DNA of 64,000 bases, from positions 18,414,001 to 18,478,000 of the forward strand of contig JBHGNT010000006.1 in assembly GCA_043228905.1 (NCBI GenBank), in the 5' to 3' direction. Under the pieces are notes generated by a model that did not search any database, was not told where the DNA came from, and saw only the letters and a program-made list of their open reading frames with translations. Numbering within the stretch: position 1 is the stretch's first letter; each line of letters opens with the position of its first letter. This DNA is from Azolla caroliniana (taxonomy: Eukaryota > Plantae > Polypodiophyta). A program made the translations under genes and the position numbers. Shown piece after piece: positions 50,234 through 64,000 of this stretch.

Positions 50234-50899
50234 TGTCAGGAACAACACGCTCCCCATGTGCAACGCTCGGCCACAACTGAGCTTAGAATCATACACAGAA
50301 AACGGGGAACGAAAGACACACGACACAAAGGAGAGAAGAGTACACAGGATGTTTAACGTGGAAAACCTTGAGAGGGAAAAACCACAGGAGTCCACAAACT
50401 CCAAACTATCACTATATCACAATGATTACAACAGTGAGCTCACGGAGGCAACGACCCTGCGCTCACGACCTTCGCCACAGGCGGCGTTTACAACAGAGGC
50501 AACGACCTCTTCCTCTCTCTCACTCTTTGTACACTGTTACGAGCTCTCTCTTCTTGCACCAACAACAATGACAACAACAGTATCAAAAGTTTGCCCTAAG
50601 TCATATTTATACTAATATGACTTTTCGGCTATTTACAAATATAGCCACGATGGACTCTCAGAAACATATTTATGAATATGTCTCTTCATCCGGAGAGCGC
50701 TCCTCACCGGGCCTGCATCATCCGGATCTTGCCGGGCACTCGTCATCCGGTTCTCACCTGGTCTGCACCATCCGGCTCTCCGTAGCCGGGTACTCCTCAT
50801 CCGGTTCTCACCGGGTCTGCGCTATCTGGCTCTCCGTAACCGGGTACTCCTCATCCGGTTTCTTCTCCCTTCCCATCCGAAGGGACCTATTTCCTAACA
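50234..50899 (-). mobile_element. Solo LTR related to family A
   Basis: TSD GGATG on both sides; similar to the reverse complement of 5982-6689. Confidence 0.9.
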
Positions 50900-50979
50900 G
50901 GATGTTGGAAGTGCGATCACGGTTCAAATGGTTGTCATCTTTGCTATCGGGGCAAAGGTCTCTTTGTAATCGACCTTGT

Positions 50980-51821
50980 TGTCGTTGAAATCCGCGCGTG
51001 TGTGTAGAAATGGAGTGGGACCACCGGGGTCTCGGACCAAGGAGTCAGTAAGGGAGAAGGAAACCTGGAACGATGTCCTGATGGCTTCGCTGGGTTGGTT
51101 TTCAAACGCGTCCCGGAACCCGACCGTTTAGCACACGGGCTTGAAGGAGTGTATCGTTCCGGTCAGAGTGTCGGACAACAGTAATGAGCTCATGGGCCCA
51201 TGGAATCGGATACATACACAATAGAGGTAGAACGAGAATAAGAGCCTGATCTCGGGGCGCAGCGAACCGCAGCAAGCAGGAATACCCAACACAAGAAGAG
51301 GCACAACAAAACACTAATGATTAACAGAGAACGAAAGAATACAATCGGAATTAGCTGACAATGGTGCTCCGAACTACGATTGCCACAAACACCCACAAAA
51401 CAATGAACCTCTGGTCAGGAGCTCACGAGCTTCTTGCGCGAGCAAAGGCTTCACCTTCTTCCCCCGGATCAGCACGGTACATACAACAAAAACAGAGAGC
51501 GAGCGCGGCACTCAAACCGACAACCTTTCGTCCTCCAAATCATGGATGCCTAAAACAGGCTCAAGCCTCCCTTTATATAGCACAAGGGGAGATTGTTACA
51601 TCGAGTTCAATGTTAGTGAATCCCCTTGCGATTTCTTCGCATCAAATCCCCGTATCCTCTCTATCCGTGAGGGTCTTTAAAGTACCCATTAAATCCTACT
51701 CCCTAGTTTTATGCTATTTACATTTGTTTGTACATAATACTTTATTTGTGTGCATCCGTGCACATACACGTTCACGCCCATCCGGCTTCGTTTCTCCCTA
51801 TGGCCGGAATCCTTGACGACA
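50980..51821 (-). mobile_element. Solo LTR of the Trp-PBS gypsy group
   Basis: TGTCGT...ACGACA termini; first ~60 bp match 21664 and 1200; host RT resumes on both sides; TSD degenerate. Confidence 0.85.
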
Positions 51822-54545
51822 CCGTGTGTCTCCGCATACCCTTTTGCCACAAGTTGGGCCTTATACCGATTGATGATGTCGTCGACATTGTGCTTCACCT
51901 TGAGTATCCATCAACATCCGATTGCCTTTTGATGGGGTGAAGATGGGACGAGATCCCATGTCTCGTTTTTGGAGAGTGCTTTCATATCATCATTGATCAT
52001 TTCGACACATCGTAGGTCCTTCGCGGCTTTGGAAAAGGTTTTCGGCTCTCAGACTGTCGCGACCTTCATCATGAATGCATAATGATATGCGATGTAGTCA
52101 TTGTAGTAGAACCGGATGACTACGTTCTTCTCTCAAGTGGACCAACATGGTTGTTCACTTGTCTTGGGCTCTTGGTGTCCTCATGATAGGCACATCCAAT
52201 CCACCATACTCACTATCGAGTTGGTGAGCTGATTCCTTTCCATCTGAGTCTTCATACACAGGCATTTTGGCCTTCCCTTTGTCTAGTTTCGGACTTTACC
52301 GTGACATGCTTTGGTCGCTTGGAGGCTCTTACGGTTCACTCAATCTGGTTGAGATTGGACTCTCCTCAGGTGTGAGCATCAGTCGATCCTCCTACTCCAA
52401 GCCTATATCGAAATTGGTTTCGATTGGATCGGATGGAACTGGGTCGACTATGTACCATGATGTTGATTCATCGAATATGACATCCCTACTCACTTGTACC
52501 TTCCTGGTAGAGGGATTGAAGCACTTACACCCGTTTTGTTCGAGTGAGTACCCCAGGAGGATACATTTCTCGAGCTTCTGCCGCTTCTCATTGAGAATAT
52601 GTACGTACACAATCAAGCCGAATATCCTAATGTGGGGGTGGCATCGTGCACTTTGGATGTTATGCAGTGATGCATTATATAGACGGCCTTATTTTCTGCT
52701 TCATCCTAGTATGATTTTGGCAAATTTTTCTCATTCATTATTGCCCTTGCTACCTCTAATATGTGCCAACTTTTCCTTTCGCCTACTCTGTTTTGCTGAG
52801 GTGTGTGTCGGCAGGTAAACTCCCACTGAATTCCTTCTTGTCGAAGGTATGTTGTGAAGGTGTCGGAGAAATACTCTTTGACACCATCCAATCGAAGGCA
52901 TTAGACATGCTGACCTGTGGCTTTTTCGACTTCATTCTTGAATTTTTGGATGTGTCCGAACACTTTTCTCTTTTGTCGCATAGGGTAGATCCAAGAGTGC
53001 CTGAAGAAGTCGTCGATGAACGTGACATAATATCGGCATCCGCCGAATGTGGTTGTCTGTGTCGGTCGCGAAACATCGGAGTGGACTACATCCAAGACTC
53101 CTTTGCTCATAGTCCTCTCTATCGAGAATGGAAGTGCATTGTTTGCCAAACTGGCACGCCTAACATATGCTAGTGCTCTCTCTTTCCGTAAAATTCGGGA
53201 GTTCGATGACGACTCCATTCAATTGCATGTTTTGGAGCTTTTGAAGATTGATGTGACTGATTCTCTTGTGCCACAATTTCAAGTCGGTTTTGACTTTAAA
53301 GCCGTTTACAAACATGACCGACTTCACCTCGTTCGACTCGAGGATGAACATTCCGCCTTCTCGTCAACCGTAAGCTACCAGTCGACCATCTTTTTCAACG
53401 AGGCACCCTTCATTGTTGAACCGCACTTCCATGCCTTGTTCTACTATTTGACCGATTGAGACCAAATTTTTCGTGATGGTTGGGACCTACAGAAAGTTCT
53501 TGACGTAGGTTTGTTTGCCATCGTTCCCGAATGGGATATTTTTGACATGCTGAATGGGGTGAATTGTGTCATCCCTAGTTTTGACATAGCCAGGTCAATT
53601 GGGCTACCTCAGCTTTTGAAACCAATCTTCATGAGACGTCATGTGATTGGATGTTCCAGAGTTGACGAACCATACATTTTCTGAAGAAGAGGTGTTGGTC
53701 GAACCTTATTGCTCATTACAAACATTCTGCCATGAGCTTCATAATCGGATTTCGTGGCATAGTTTGTGAGTTGTCGGTTGATCGAAGATAACTCACATTT
53801 CTTCTTTCGACACTCCTCTTCCTAGTGGCCGAGTTTTCCACAGTACCCGCATTTGATCAGGTTGTTTTGGTGACTTGATCTGGCAGGATGGATCCCCCTT
53901 CTGCTGAACTCCCTTACTGTGTTCTGGCCTCTTGCCAATGATGGAAGTTGTCTTCTTCATTCGACTGACTATGTCGGCCTCGTCCAAATCAGCCTCTAAT
54001 TCCTCAGTCGATTCCTCTTCCCTCATTTGATTGGGAGGAGAGCATCTAATGTCTGGCACATTGCTCCTTGATTGGATGTAATTTCTTTAACCAATAATAT
54101 CGACTGAGGTCGAAAAAGGAGGGAGGATTCTCCCTTGCAAGAATGGCCGATCTAATCGTGCCGAATCGTGGTACTAAGCCGCCGAAGCATATTTGCACCA
54201 TTTCATCATCGTCGATGATGACATTTATCGATCTGAGGGCATTGCACAACTCCTCCATCTTCAAGGTGTAGTTGCCGATTGACATATCCCTCTGTTTGGA
54301 CACTGTTCAACTCTTGTCGGAGTTGAAATTTTCGTGTGGTTGTGTTTGCCACAATTATCATTTTGAGGTTCCCCCACACCTCCTTCGGCGTTTTGGCCTC
54401 TCAGATGTACCCGAGCATGTGATCATGAACGCATGATGCAAGGCAATATAACACACGACTCACCGCTTGTTCCCAAGCTAGGTGGTAGGCATGTGCCGGG
54501 TTGGGTTGATTTTCTTGTGGTCCTTCGATGTAACTCAAATAGCCT

Positions 54546-56175
54546 TGTTGCCCGTAGGAGTGTATGGGGCGGTGTAAGGGTCAATGTGATAAATGGGTTG
54601 CGGTATATGTGTAATGTATACGAGTGTGAGTGAGGAACAATTATGTGTATGAACACATGCACAATTATGTGCATGTGTGTAACGGTCCTATTATGTAACC
54701 ATTAAATTTGATGTACTCTATAAACCCCCTATGGCTAACCGGTGGAGAGAAGGCCGATGTTCGACAGAGCCAACAAACGGTGACGGACGGCGTCCAGCGA
54801 ACAACACTGACAGACGGTTTGGCAATTGTCCAACAGCCAACGAACAGAGTCGGTCGCCGAATAGCAGCGGCCGAACCGGCCAAGAGACGACCGAAGTCTA
54901 GCAGGTAGCCGGAGAGCTTGCCGAACAGACGTCTGACAATCAGCAGACGGCAACGGACACAGCTGAGATACAACCAACCGGAAAAAAGAAGTTGTCAATC
55001 TGACACAAAGATGGCCGGACAAAGCCGTCCTTGCCGACGGGCGGCATCCGACTGTCGGTTGGACAGCCGACAGACTATGTTAGAAAGTTGGTAGCCGATA
55101 GACGGTCGGACAAGAGACAACACTGGTTGAGAAATAGCCAGTGGACCGAGACGGCTAACATCCGACAGCCAGCGAACAAAGTCAGTTGGTGACGGTCGAC
55201 GGACATCAAGCCGACTCGAGACAACTGCCGGAAGGCGACAATCGGCGGCAATGGAGACGACATGCACAAGAAGAGAGAACAACATTAAACAACTGAAGAA
55301 GAAAGAATGAGGAGAAAAAGAAGAAGATAGACGCAGAGAAGAAGAAAAGAGGACAAGAGAAAGAAGGTGAAGAGAGGAAAAGAAAGAAGAGAGGGGTATA
55401 GAGAGAAAAATTGCAAGAACACGAGGGCATGCAATCGAATTTTAGAAGATCGAGGGTAGAAGAGAAGATTTCAAAAACTAGAGGGTACCTAATAAAAATT
55501 TAAAAAACATGAGGGTAAAAATTAGAATTTTAGAAACTAAAGGGTACAACATAAAATTTCGGAAACACGAAGGTACAGAAACTCAACTCACATGAAAGAA
55601 AGAATACATATACACGCAACATGATGTTGAGACCCAAGCCGCAGTGTAATAGCGATTCGTGGGTGATCCAATCGAGAGATGTGTTGACTAGATGAGAAGG
55701 TTCGAGTCAAGCAAGCTTCAATGGAAGTTATCAATTGTAGACCTATGATCCGGTCGAGGGATTTCCAATCGATGAGACGATCGATGGAGTTCTAGTCGAG
55801 AAGAATTGCCATGGCGAGTGGGTTCACCCTACGATGCACTCTCCCAGAGGCATGCCATGTGTTGGCTGTAGGAGTGTACAGGGTGGGGTAAGGGTCAACG
55901 TGATAAATGGGTTTTGGTGTATGTGTAATGTATACGAGTCTGACTGAAGAAAAATTAGGTGTATGAACACATGCACAATTATGTGCATGTGTGTAACGGC
56001 CATACTATGTATTCGTTACATTTGATGTACTCTATAAACCCCCTATGGGGCATGTAATGAAATATAGATTTGTCCCTCTCATTTTGTGTGTCTCATTGTT
56101 TCTCTCTCACCCTCACACGTAACCCCCTTCGGAGGGGGATGGAATCATTCTTGGCTCCACCCCCCATCCATAACA
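54546..56175 (+). mobile_element. Small non-coding LTR element (partial LTR 54546-~54732, full LTR 55860-56175)
   Basis: TSD AGCCT at 54541-54545 and 56176-56180; TGTT...AACA termini; no recognisable coding domains. Confidence 0.85.
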
Positions 56176-57144
56176 AGCCTTGCCTAACAAGGTATTGGTG
56201 CATCTTGTACTCCCAAGATGCAAAGTTATTCTGTCGATTTTCTCGGTGGGAAGAGCACTTCCTATCTTAGTATTCATGTTGATATATTTTTATGGAGTGA
56301 GTTTGTTTTCTTGAATCTTCTTCTTCTCTTGATACGAACTGTGAAGGTTACTACTACAACGATCGACCAGTTCTTCATGAACGTTGGCGTAAACACAACA
56401 CATGAGGATGGGCTTGGATCAAGCTACCAAACGCTTGGGGCCTTTGTGAAAATGTCAGTCGTCTGCAAATTCATGTTGATGTGTTGCAGATCGACATCTC
56501 TAGCAAGGACACGCTATTGAATGAAGTGATAATGCACCTGAATGTGCTTAGCCCGACCGTAGAATATTAGGTTGCGGTTCAGGTGGATGTTGCACATGTT
56601 GTCGTAGTAGAGGAGAATTGGATCCTTGATGGGAACACCCAGATCCTTCAATATTCTTTTGAGCCAAACGGCTTCACCTGTGACTATTGTCGTGCCAGTC
56701 TCTGTGCTCGAAAGTGCGACTAATATCTGCTTCTTACTGCTCCATGATATGGCTTCGCTTCCAAGGGAGAAGAAGAATACCGATGTTGATTGTCTGTCGG
56801 CTTTGTACCTGGTCCAATCGGCATCGGTGTACCCTTCGAGTTGAATCAATGTGGCTGATTTGTAGACAATGCTGAGATCCATTGTTCCACTTACGTAGCG
56901 TAGCATTCACTTAGCACAGTCCAGGTGAATGTTCTGTGGCGTCTGCATAAACTGGCTAAGGAGGCGGACCAGGTAGCTGAGGTTAGGCCGAGTAATGATG
57001 AGATAAATAAGGCTTCCAATTAGTTGCCAATAGTGAGTTGGCTCACACTCTTTTGTGCTAGACTCGACATCTAGCTTTAGGTTTCAATCAAGAGGGGTAG
57101 CGACAGGCTTACACTCTGTCATCCTAAAACTAAAGTGGATACCA

Positions 57145-57179
57145 TGTAAAGAATCGAGAGAGATTATGTGCAACGGAAT

Positions 57180-57247
<68 letters not shown>

Positions 57248-57524
57248 AGACAATGAAACAAGAAAATTGTATTAACAAGAACAAGAATGAACCAACAGTT
57301 ACAAAGAGGAGAGAATGTGCTTGTATAGTCACCTTCTGTCTATGTTCTCTCTCTACAACCACCACTTGCAAAAGAGGTGGAGACTTAACTATGTACCAAA
57401 TATGTGTCATGGAACCATAAAGTTCTATGACACACTAGTTATATACTAGGAGGTGGGGTGTTCACACACTTGAGTATACTAAGGTGTGTTCCCACACTAG
57501 GGAAGTTGAGTTTGGTTCTCAACA
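57145..57524 (-). repeat. Family D 5' LTR with PBS remnant and (GT)n/(GA)n microsatellite
   Basis: GATACCA immediately left; ends CTCAACA; microsatellite at 57182-57248. Confidence 0.85.
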
Positions 57525-57675
57525 ATGATCAATTGTTGTCCTGTAGAGTCGCTCCAAATGAACATGGAATTGTCAGACTTAGACATTTTGAAGCCGATTT
57601 GGTGAAGAGATTGAGTTATCTTCGAATGTCAAGCATGTGGTGCTTGCTTTACACCGTAGAGAGGCTTTTTCTATC

Positions 57676-58300
57676 TGTAGACAACAATCAAATGTGTACT
57701 CGACAAGATAAACAGATGTACACAGATATTTACATGGAAACCCTAAAGCGGGGAAAAAACCACGGGTGAACAGATTCTTCACTATAGTATAGTGGTTATA
57801 CAATACAGAGATGATTACAACACTCTCTCACAAGTGTATCAGCCGCACAGGGCTCTTCGCGTCTGTTGTTACACACATAGCTATGGCGCGGCTCTCACTT
57901 CTCTCTCTCACGCTCTATCGATCTACTGTTCTGCGCATACACACAGTTCTGCACACATACACAAAATTTGCCCTAGTTGTATATATACTTACACAACTTT
58001 CTGGCTATTTACATACGTAGCCCTCATGGGGTGCACACTTAGACTATTTACAATTATAGTCTCTCAAGTCACTCATCAACTCGGCTCCTCTCTCTTTCCC
58101 ATCTGGAGGGACTTGTTTCCACACATCATCATCATTATTATTATTACTATAATAATAATAGTCGAATCTTCAAACAGTCGACTCACTGTTTTCGACTCTT
58201 CGACTGTCGGCTTTCCGAACAGTCGAATCTTCCCTGTCATCGACTGTCGGCTTTCTGATCAATTGGTTCTTCCTCCCACTAGAGGGACATATTCCCAACA
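57676..58300 (-). repeat. Two adjacent Tnt1-like LTR pieces (57676-58125 and ~58130-58300)
   Basis: Both end in GAGGGAC...CA like the other family A-type LTR starts; 58300 end matches the LTR start at 39565. Confidence 0.65.
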
Positions 58301-60049
58301 GTACCATGTACACCTCCTCATCTAATTCGCCTTAGAGAAAGGTGTTCTTGACGTCCATTTGATGGAGGTGCCACCCTTTTGCTACCACAAGCACGATCAA
58401 GATTCAGATGGTAGTCATCTTTGCCACCTGGGCAAAGGTTTCTTCGTAGTCGACCCCGTGTGTCTGCGCATACCCTTTTGCCACAAGTTGGGCCTTATAA
58501 CGATTGATGGTGCCATCGGCATTGTGCTTCACCTTGTATATCCACCAACATCCAATTGACTTTTGGTGGGGTGAAGAGAGGACGAGTTCCCATGTCTTGT
58601 TTTTGGAGAGTGTTTGCATCTTTTGGAGAGGGCACCACATATGTCGACCGGTTGCTTCTTCGACTTCGTGTTTAAATTTTTGGAAGTCTAAGAACACTTC
58701 ACTCTTTTGCTGCATAAGGAATATCTAAGTATGTCTGGAGAAGTTGTTTATGAACGTCACATAATATCAGCAACCACTAAATGTTGTCGTTTGGGTTGGT
58801 CCCCATACATCTTAATGTATTACATCCAGGATCCTTTTGCTCATTTCCTCTCTTCTGAGAATGGTTGTCGATGTTGTTTACCAAGTTGGTAGGCTTCGCA
58901 TACACCTGTAATCTCCTTTTCGGTAAAGGTCGAGAGTCCGATGATGACTCCTTTCGACTGCATTCCTTTGAGATTGTGGAGATTGATGTGGACGATCCTT
59001 TTGTGCCATAGATCTATGTTGGTGTTGGATCTATAGCCCTTGGCAAACATTTCCGATTTCATCTTGTGAGAATCGAGAATGAACATCTAACCTTCTCTTC
59101 GACCGCGAGCAATAATTTGGCCTTGCTTTTCAATGAAGCACCCTCTGTCGTTGAAGCGAACTTGCATGTATTGTTCAACAATCTGGTTGACAAATATCAG
59201 AATCCTCGTTATTGTTGGAACATGCAAGACGTTCTTGATGTATCCCTCCTTGTTGAATGAGACATTACCGACGTGCTGAATGGGGTGAATTGTGTCATCC
59301 CTAGTTTCGACATAGCCAGGTCGATCGGGCTTTCGTAGCTATTGGAACCAATATTCATGAGATGTGATGTTATTGGATGCACCCAAGTTGACAAACCATA
59401 CATTTTCTGAGTTGGAGGTGCTGATCTGGTTGGAGATCATCATTGGGTTTGATCTATGCCTCATTACAAACATTCCGCCACGATCATCGGAGTCGGAGTT
59501 GGAGGCGTAGTTGGTGAGTTGCCGACTTATGAAGGCCGAGTCACTCTTCTTCTTCTGACACTCTGCCTTGTGGCTGAATTCACCACAGTATTCGCACTAG
59601 ACAATGTTGGTTTGCCGGCTTGGTCTGGCATGATTGCTTACCCTTCTTCCAAATGTTCCACCTCATGTGGTTGCAACATCTTGTCGGTAGTAGAAATTTT
59701 GTTTGCGGGGTTGTTCCTAGTTGTGTCGGCCTTGTTGAATCGGCCTCTTCTTCCATGACTTTGTCCCCTTCCTCCATCCAAGTTCGAATAGAGCATATGT
59801 CCTTCTTGCACAATGCTCCTTGCTCGGACGTGATTTTCTTGGACCAACAACATAGACTGGAGATTGGAGGGAGGATTCTCCCTCGTGAGGATGGCCGACC
59901 TTATTGCGCCGCACCAGGGTGCCAAGCCACCAAGGCATATCTGCACCACTTCATCGTCATCAATGTTGACATTGATCGACCCAAGGGAGTCGCACAGCTC
60001 CTTGATCTTAAAGGTGTAGCTGCCAATTAACATATCCCTTTGTTAGATA

Positions 60050-62611
60050 TTGTACTTCTTGCTCTGGTCGGCTTTGTCCTTCTTGACTCTGCGCCCATCA
60101 CCACCTGTTCCCAAATTTATTGGATGTGACGACTTCTTTAGTCGACTCGGCTTCCTTTTTCTTCTTGTCTCCCCATGTATCGGTTGTTTCCTTCTCTTCG
60201 GCTACTTGTCTAGTGCCATTACCTGCCTTCCCAATTTCTGTTCCGGTTCTGGTTCTCCCCATATCAGTCCTGGTTCTCCCCCTCAAGTACGGCATGTCAA
60301 GATGGTGAAGACCAAGCATCTACAAAAAATGTTGCAACTTGTCGCGGCCGAGAGGTTTGGTGAAGATGTCAGCAACCTACCGATCCATCCAAACATACCG
60401 AAGTTCTACTTAACCACTAAGGACCTGCTCACACACAAAGTGGTAATGCACTTCTATGTGCTTCGTCCAAGCATGGAACACAAGGTTCTTGGCTAACTAC
60501 ATGCTCCTCATGTTGTCACAGTAGATCGGGATCCAAGTCAATACTTCGATTGAGAGGTCTTTCAGCAACCGTGGAAGCCGAATGGTTTCATAGGTGGCAA
60601 CGGTAGTGCCCCGATATTCAGCCTCAGTGCTCGATAGAGCCCAGTCGGCATCCGTATATCCGACCAGCTTCTTGCTTATACCATGTCGGTATAACAGTCC
60701 CTGGTCCTTAGTGCCGCTAACATATCTCAATATTCGGTGCGCGCACTGAAGGTGCTCCACGGTTGGCTTTTGTGTGAATTGACTGATCACGCCGACTGGA
60801 TAACTAATGTCGGGTCGGGTGACCGTTAAATAAATAAGGCTTCCAACAATTTGTCGGAACCGTTTCCTATGTCAGGCCTGTCCGGAGTTGGGACAAAGCC
60901 TTAGATTCCGGTCGAGGGGTGTGAAGACTAGTGGGCAATCCGTCATGCCGAACTCGTATAGCATATTCAGTACATAATGTCATTGTGACAGCAATATGCC
61001 ATCAGGGGTATGGATCACTTCAATCCTGATGAAATAATGAAGGTCCCCCAGGACCTTCATTTCAAATGCATCCGACAATTGGGATTTCACTCGACCAATT
61101 TCAGCAAGTCAGGTCCAGTCATGACCAGACCATCCACATATAGCAGGATACATACCGAACATTCTAGAACAATCCGGATAAACAACGTTGAGTCCGACTT
61201 CGATGCCGCAAACCCCATCTTACACAACCGGTGTGTGATCTTCTAATGCCAAGCACGGGGGGCTTGCTACAAGCCGTAAAGCGATTTCTTGAGTCGGCAC
61301 ACTACCGACTTGTTCATCTTCGAATGAAAACCGAGGGGTTGGATCATGTAGACCTGTTCTTCAAGGTCACCTTGAAGAAACGTATTCTTCACGTCCATTT
61401 GGTGAAGATACGACCCCCTTGCCGCTGCAACCACCAACACCACCAAACTATCGTCATCTTCACTACCGGAGCGAAGGTCTCATCGTAGTCGATTCCGTAG
61501 GTCTACATTTATCCTTTGGCTACTAACCGGACCTTGTACCGGTTGAATGAACCATCAGCATTATACTTTACCTTGTACAGCCACTTGCAACCGATCGGTG
61601 TGCAATGTCAGGGAGGGTCAACCAAATCCCATGTGTCGTTAGCATCGAGTGCCCGCATCTCTTCCTCCATAGCGGCCAACCATTGCGCGTCAATTACCGC
61701 TTCTGCGTAGCTCTCCGGCTCATGCACTTCTGCCAATTTTGTCATGTATGCATAGTGAAGCGCCATGTTCATTATAAACATTCCGCTTCACAGGGTTCTT
61801 CAGGCGGGGGGACCGGCGAAACTTCTCGTTAGCCGATTTCAAGGCCCTCTTGGCTGGCTCAGACTTCTCTTCTGAATATCTGTCTTTGTTCTGTCGGTCT
61901 TTGTTCTCTCCTTTTCTTCTTCTTCCCCTTTTCTTTGTGCCTGAACCATCTCTGTGGTTCCTTGTGCGGGGAGAGCACGACTGAGTCTCCACTACGAGCC
62001 AGCTCTTCATCTGACTGATCATCTTGACTCAGTCGCTCATTCGGCCCACTTAGCCACAGCGAGATCGGACTCTCGTCTGGAGTACCGAATCCTTTTTCAT
62101 CTTCAGCCTGGATCGTTTTGGGCTCACAAGCCTCATTGTCCGGAATCAGGTCCAAGTTGGGGCACGGAGTTGGTAGAGAGTACCAGGATGCCGATTCATC
62201 AAATTAGACATCTCGGCTTACTCGCACCGTCTTTGTCCAGGGGTTGTAGCACTTATACCCTTTCTACTCATGTGAGTAGCCGACTAGTATGCATTTCTTC
62301 GACTTTGGGTCTAGCTCATCTGGCACATGCACATAGGCAATGCTACCGAATATCCTAAGGTGCCTTAAATTTGGCTCCGTCCGAAATATAGCTCGTGTGT
62401 TGACACCTTATCCCTGATACGGTTTTGGATGTAGACGGTCATTCGGACCGCTTCGGCCCAGTAGAACTTGGGCATGGTCTTCTCTTCTAGCATTTCCCTT
62501 GCCGCCTCCACAATCGATCAGTTCATCCTTTCAGCCACACCATGTTTTTTAGATGTGTATTTAGAACTGAAATCCTTTCTACTGCAAATAACTATTGAAT
62601 TGGCCAAAAAA
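60050..62611 (-). mobile_element. Copia family C-like fragment (tail, RH, RT, INT)
   Basis: Similar to 15925-17400 and 11800-12720. Confidence 0.85.
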
Positions 62612-64000
62612 TGTAAAGAATAGCATGCGGAAGCAAATAGAAAACCGAACACAGAAAATACGCAGGTTTAATGGAGAGCTTGAATATACACAGTACGTGG
62701 GAGAGACAAAGAGAGAGCACAGGAAAAAAAATTCAAAATAATACTCAATCTGTACATAGGATGTGCTCAGTGAGCACTTTTATACAAGTCCATACGGACT
62801 GACAAAAGTACTAACGCTTACTTCAATGCTCATAACTGAGCTCTACACTAACTCCCAAAATATATTCCTACGCGGAATATCTTTCCAATGGCCTCGCAGT
62901 TTACACACCACTACGGCTTCTCGTTACGCACCGGTTTGTGTACTCGTTTTACGCACCGGTCCGGCCTAACCGATCAGTCCCAACCGATCCGGTTCTCGGC
63001 TTGCACAGCCAATGCGGCCAATGTTGAGCTTGTATCTCAACACTCCCCCTCAAGCTCAACTTGAGGTTCCATCCGCTCTTCCGGATCTACGCTCCAGTTC
63101 CTTCTGGCTTCGCGCCTTGCTCGCGCTCCTCGACCTATTCGATTCTGCGTGCCTCGACCCTTCCGGTCAGCTTGCGTGTCTGTGCGGCCCTTCTCAGCTC
63201 CATTGTTGTTGTGGAGTTGGCGCTTCTTCTGTTGCCCTCTCTTCCGCTTGGCCCTTAGTTGATTCGGCATATCCAAATCAAACATCTGAACCGACTCGGC
63301 TTCCTCCGATCGGTTTTCGCTCTCGTCCGAGTTGGCTGTCTCCAACTCGTCTTTGGTCTTCTCGCCCTTGATGGCTTCATCTCCCCCACGCTTGGTTGGT
63401 TTCGGCTCTTTCTTTCAACTGCTCCCCTTATGTCCGCTTTCGGAATCTTCCGCGGATCCGCCCTCGGCCTCTTCAGCCGATCCGAAATCGAATTCGTCAT
63501 CCGACTCGGCGTCGTGGTCTTCCGGAACTTGTCTCCCCCTTTCGTGGTCATTTGGGACGTCACTCCCCCTCAAGGTTGGCACGTCGGGGTGACGCAACCC
63601 AAGCGCACCCGAGAATTGCCGCAACTTGTCCAGACCAAGAGACTTGGTGAAGACGTCAGCGGTCTGCCGATCCATCGAAACATACTGAAGTTCGACTTCA
63701 CCGGAGAGGACACACTCACAGACGAAATGGTACTGCACCTCAATGTGCTTAGTCTGGGCGTGGAAGACGGGGTTCATTGCTAGTTGGATGTTGTTGAGGT
63801 TGTCACAGTAAATTGTCGTTCGATCGGATACTTTCACCTACATATCCTTAAAGTAGCCGCTTCAACTATATGGCTTCGCATGTCGCGACAACCGCTCATC
63901 TATACTCGGCTTCGGTGCTCGACAGTGCAACTGTCAGCTATTTCTTGCTACTCCACACGATCGTGGCACTCCCCAGAGAGAACGCAAAACCGGACGTGGA
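62612..64000 (-). mobile_element. Copia family B element 3' end (LTR 62612-63042, PPT, tail, RNase H), continuing beyond the window
   Basis: LTR similar to 8118-8538; tail ending QVELEGEC; QTADVFTK. Confidence 0.9.

Larger units (their letters stand above)
48171..56400 (-). mobile_element. Copia family D element (partial 3' LTR 48171-48863, tail, RH, RT, INT, PR, gag) carrying four younger insertions
   Basis: LTR matches 57145-57524; domains are collinear once inserts are removed; gag start near 56250. Confidence 0.8.
56401..60049 (-). mobile_element. Fragmented copia family D-like RH-RT-INT-PR-gag with embedded LTRs
   Basis: GYTDADW, YKAQLVAKGYAQTHG, LWHKRI, QICLGGL motifs in copia order. 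Confidence 0.8.

Overview
A eukaryotic, repeat-saturated land-plant nuclear region made almost entirely of nested, mostly decayed retroelements. It contains a near-intact young Tnt1-like Ty1/copia element, many copies of other copia lineages (labelled B, C and D here) whose Pol carries an extra C-terminal tail, a tRNA-Trp-primed Ty3/gypsy family with fungal-looking RT motifs, Tf2/chromovirus-like gypsy fragments, an L1-type LINE and two RTE/CR1-like LINE fragments. Several insertions can be ordered by target-site duplications (TSDs). A ~480 bp chimeric plastid insertion (rpl20 with an unedited ACG start fused to atpB) points to a fern or another heavily RNA-editing seed-free host. Two possible small host exons lie near 31 kb. 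I found no rRNA, tRNA, CRISPR or intact host gene. All calls come from reading the sequence by eye; no searches were run, and family labels are my own.
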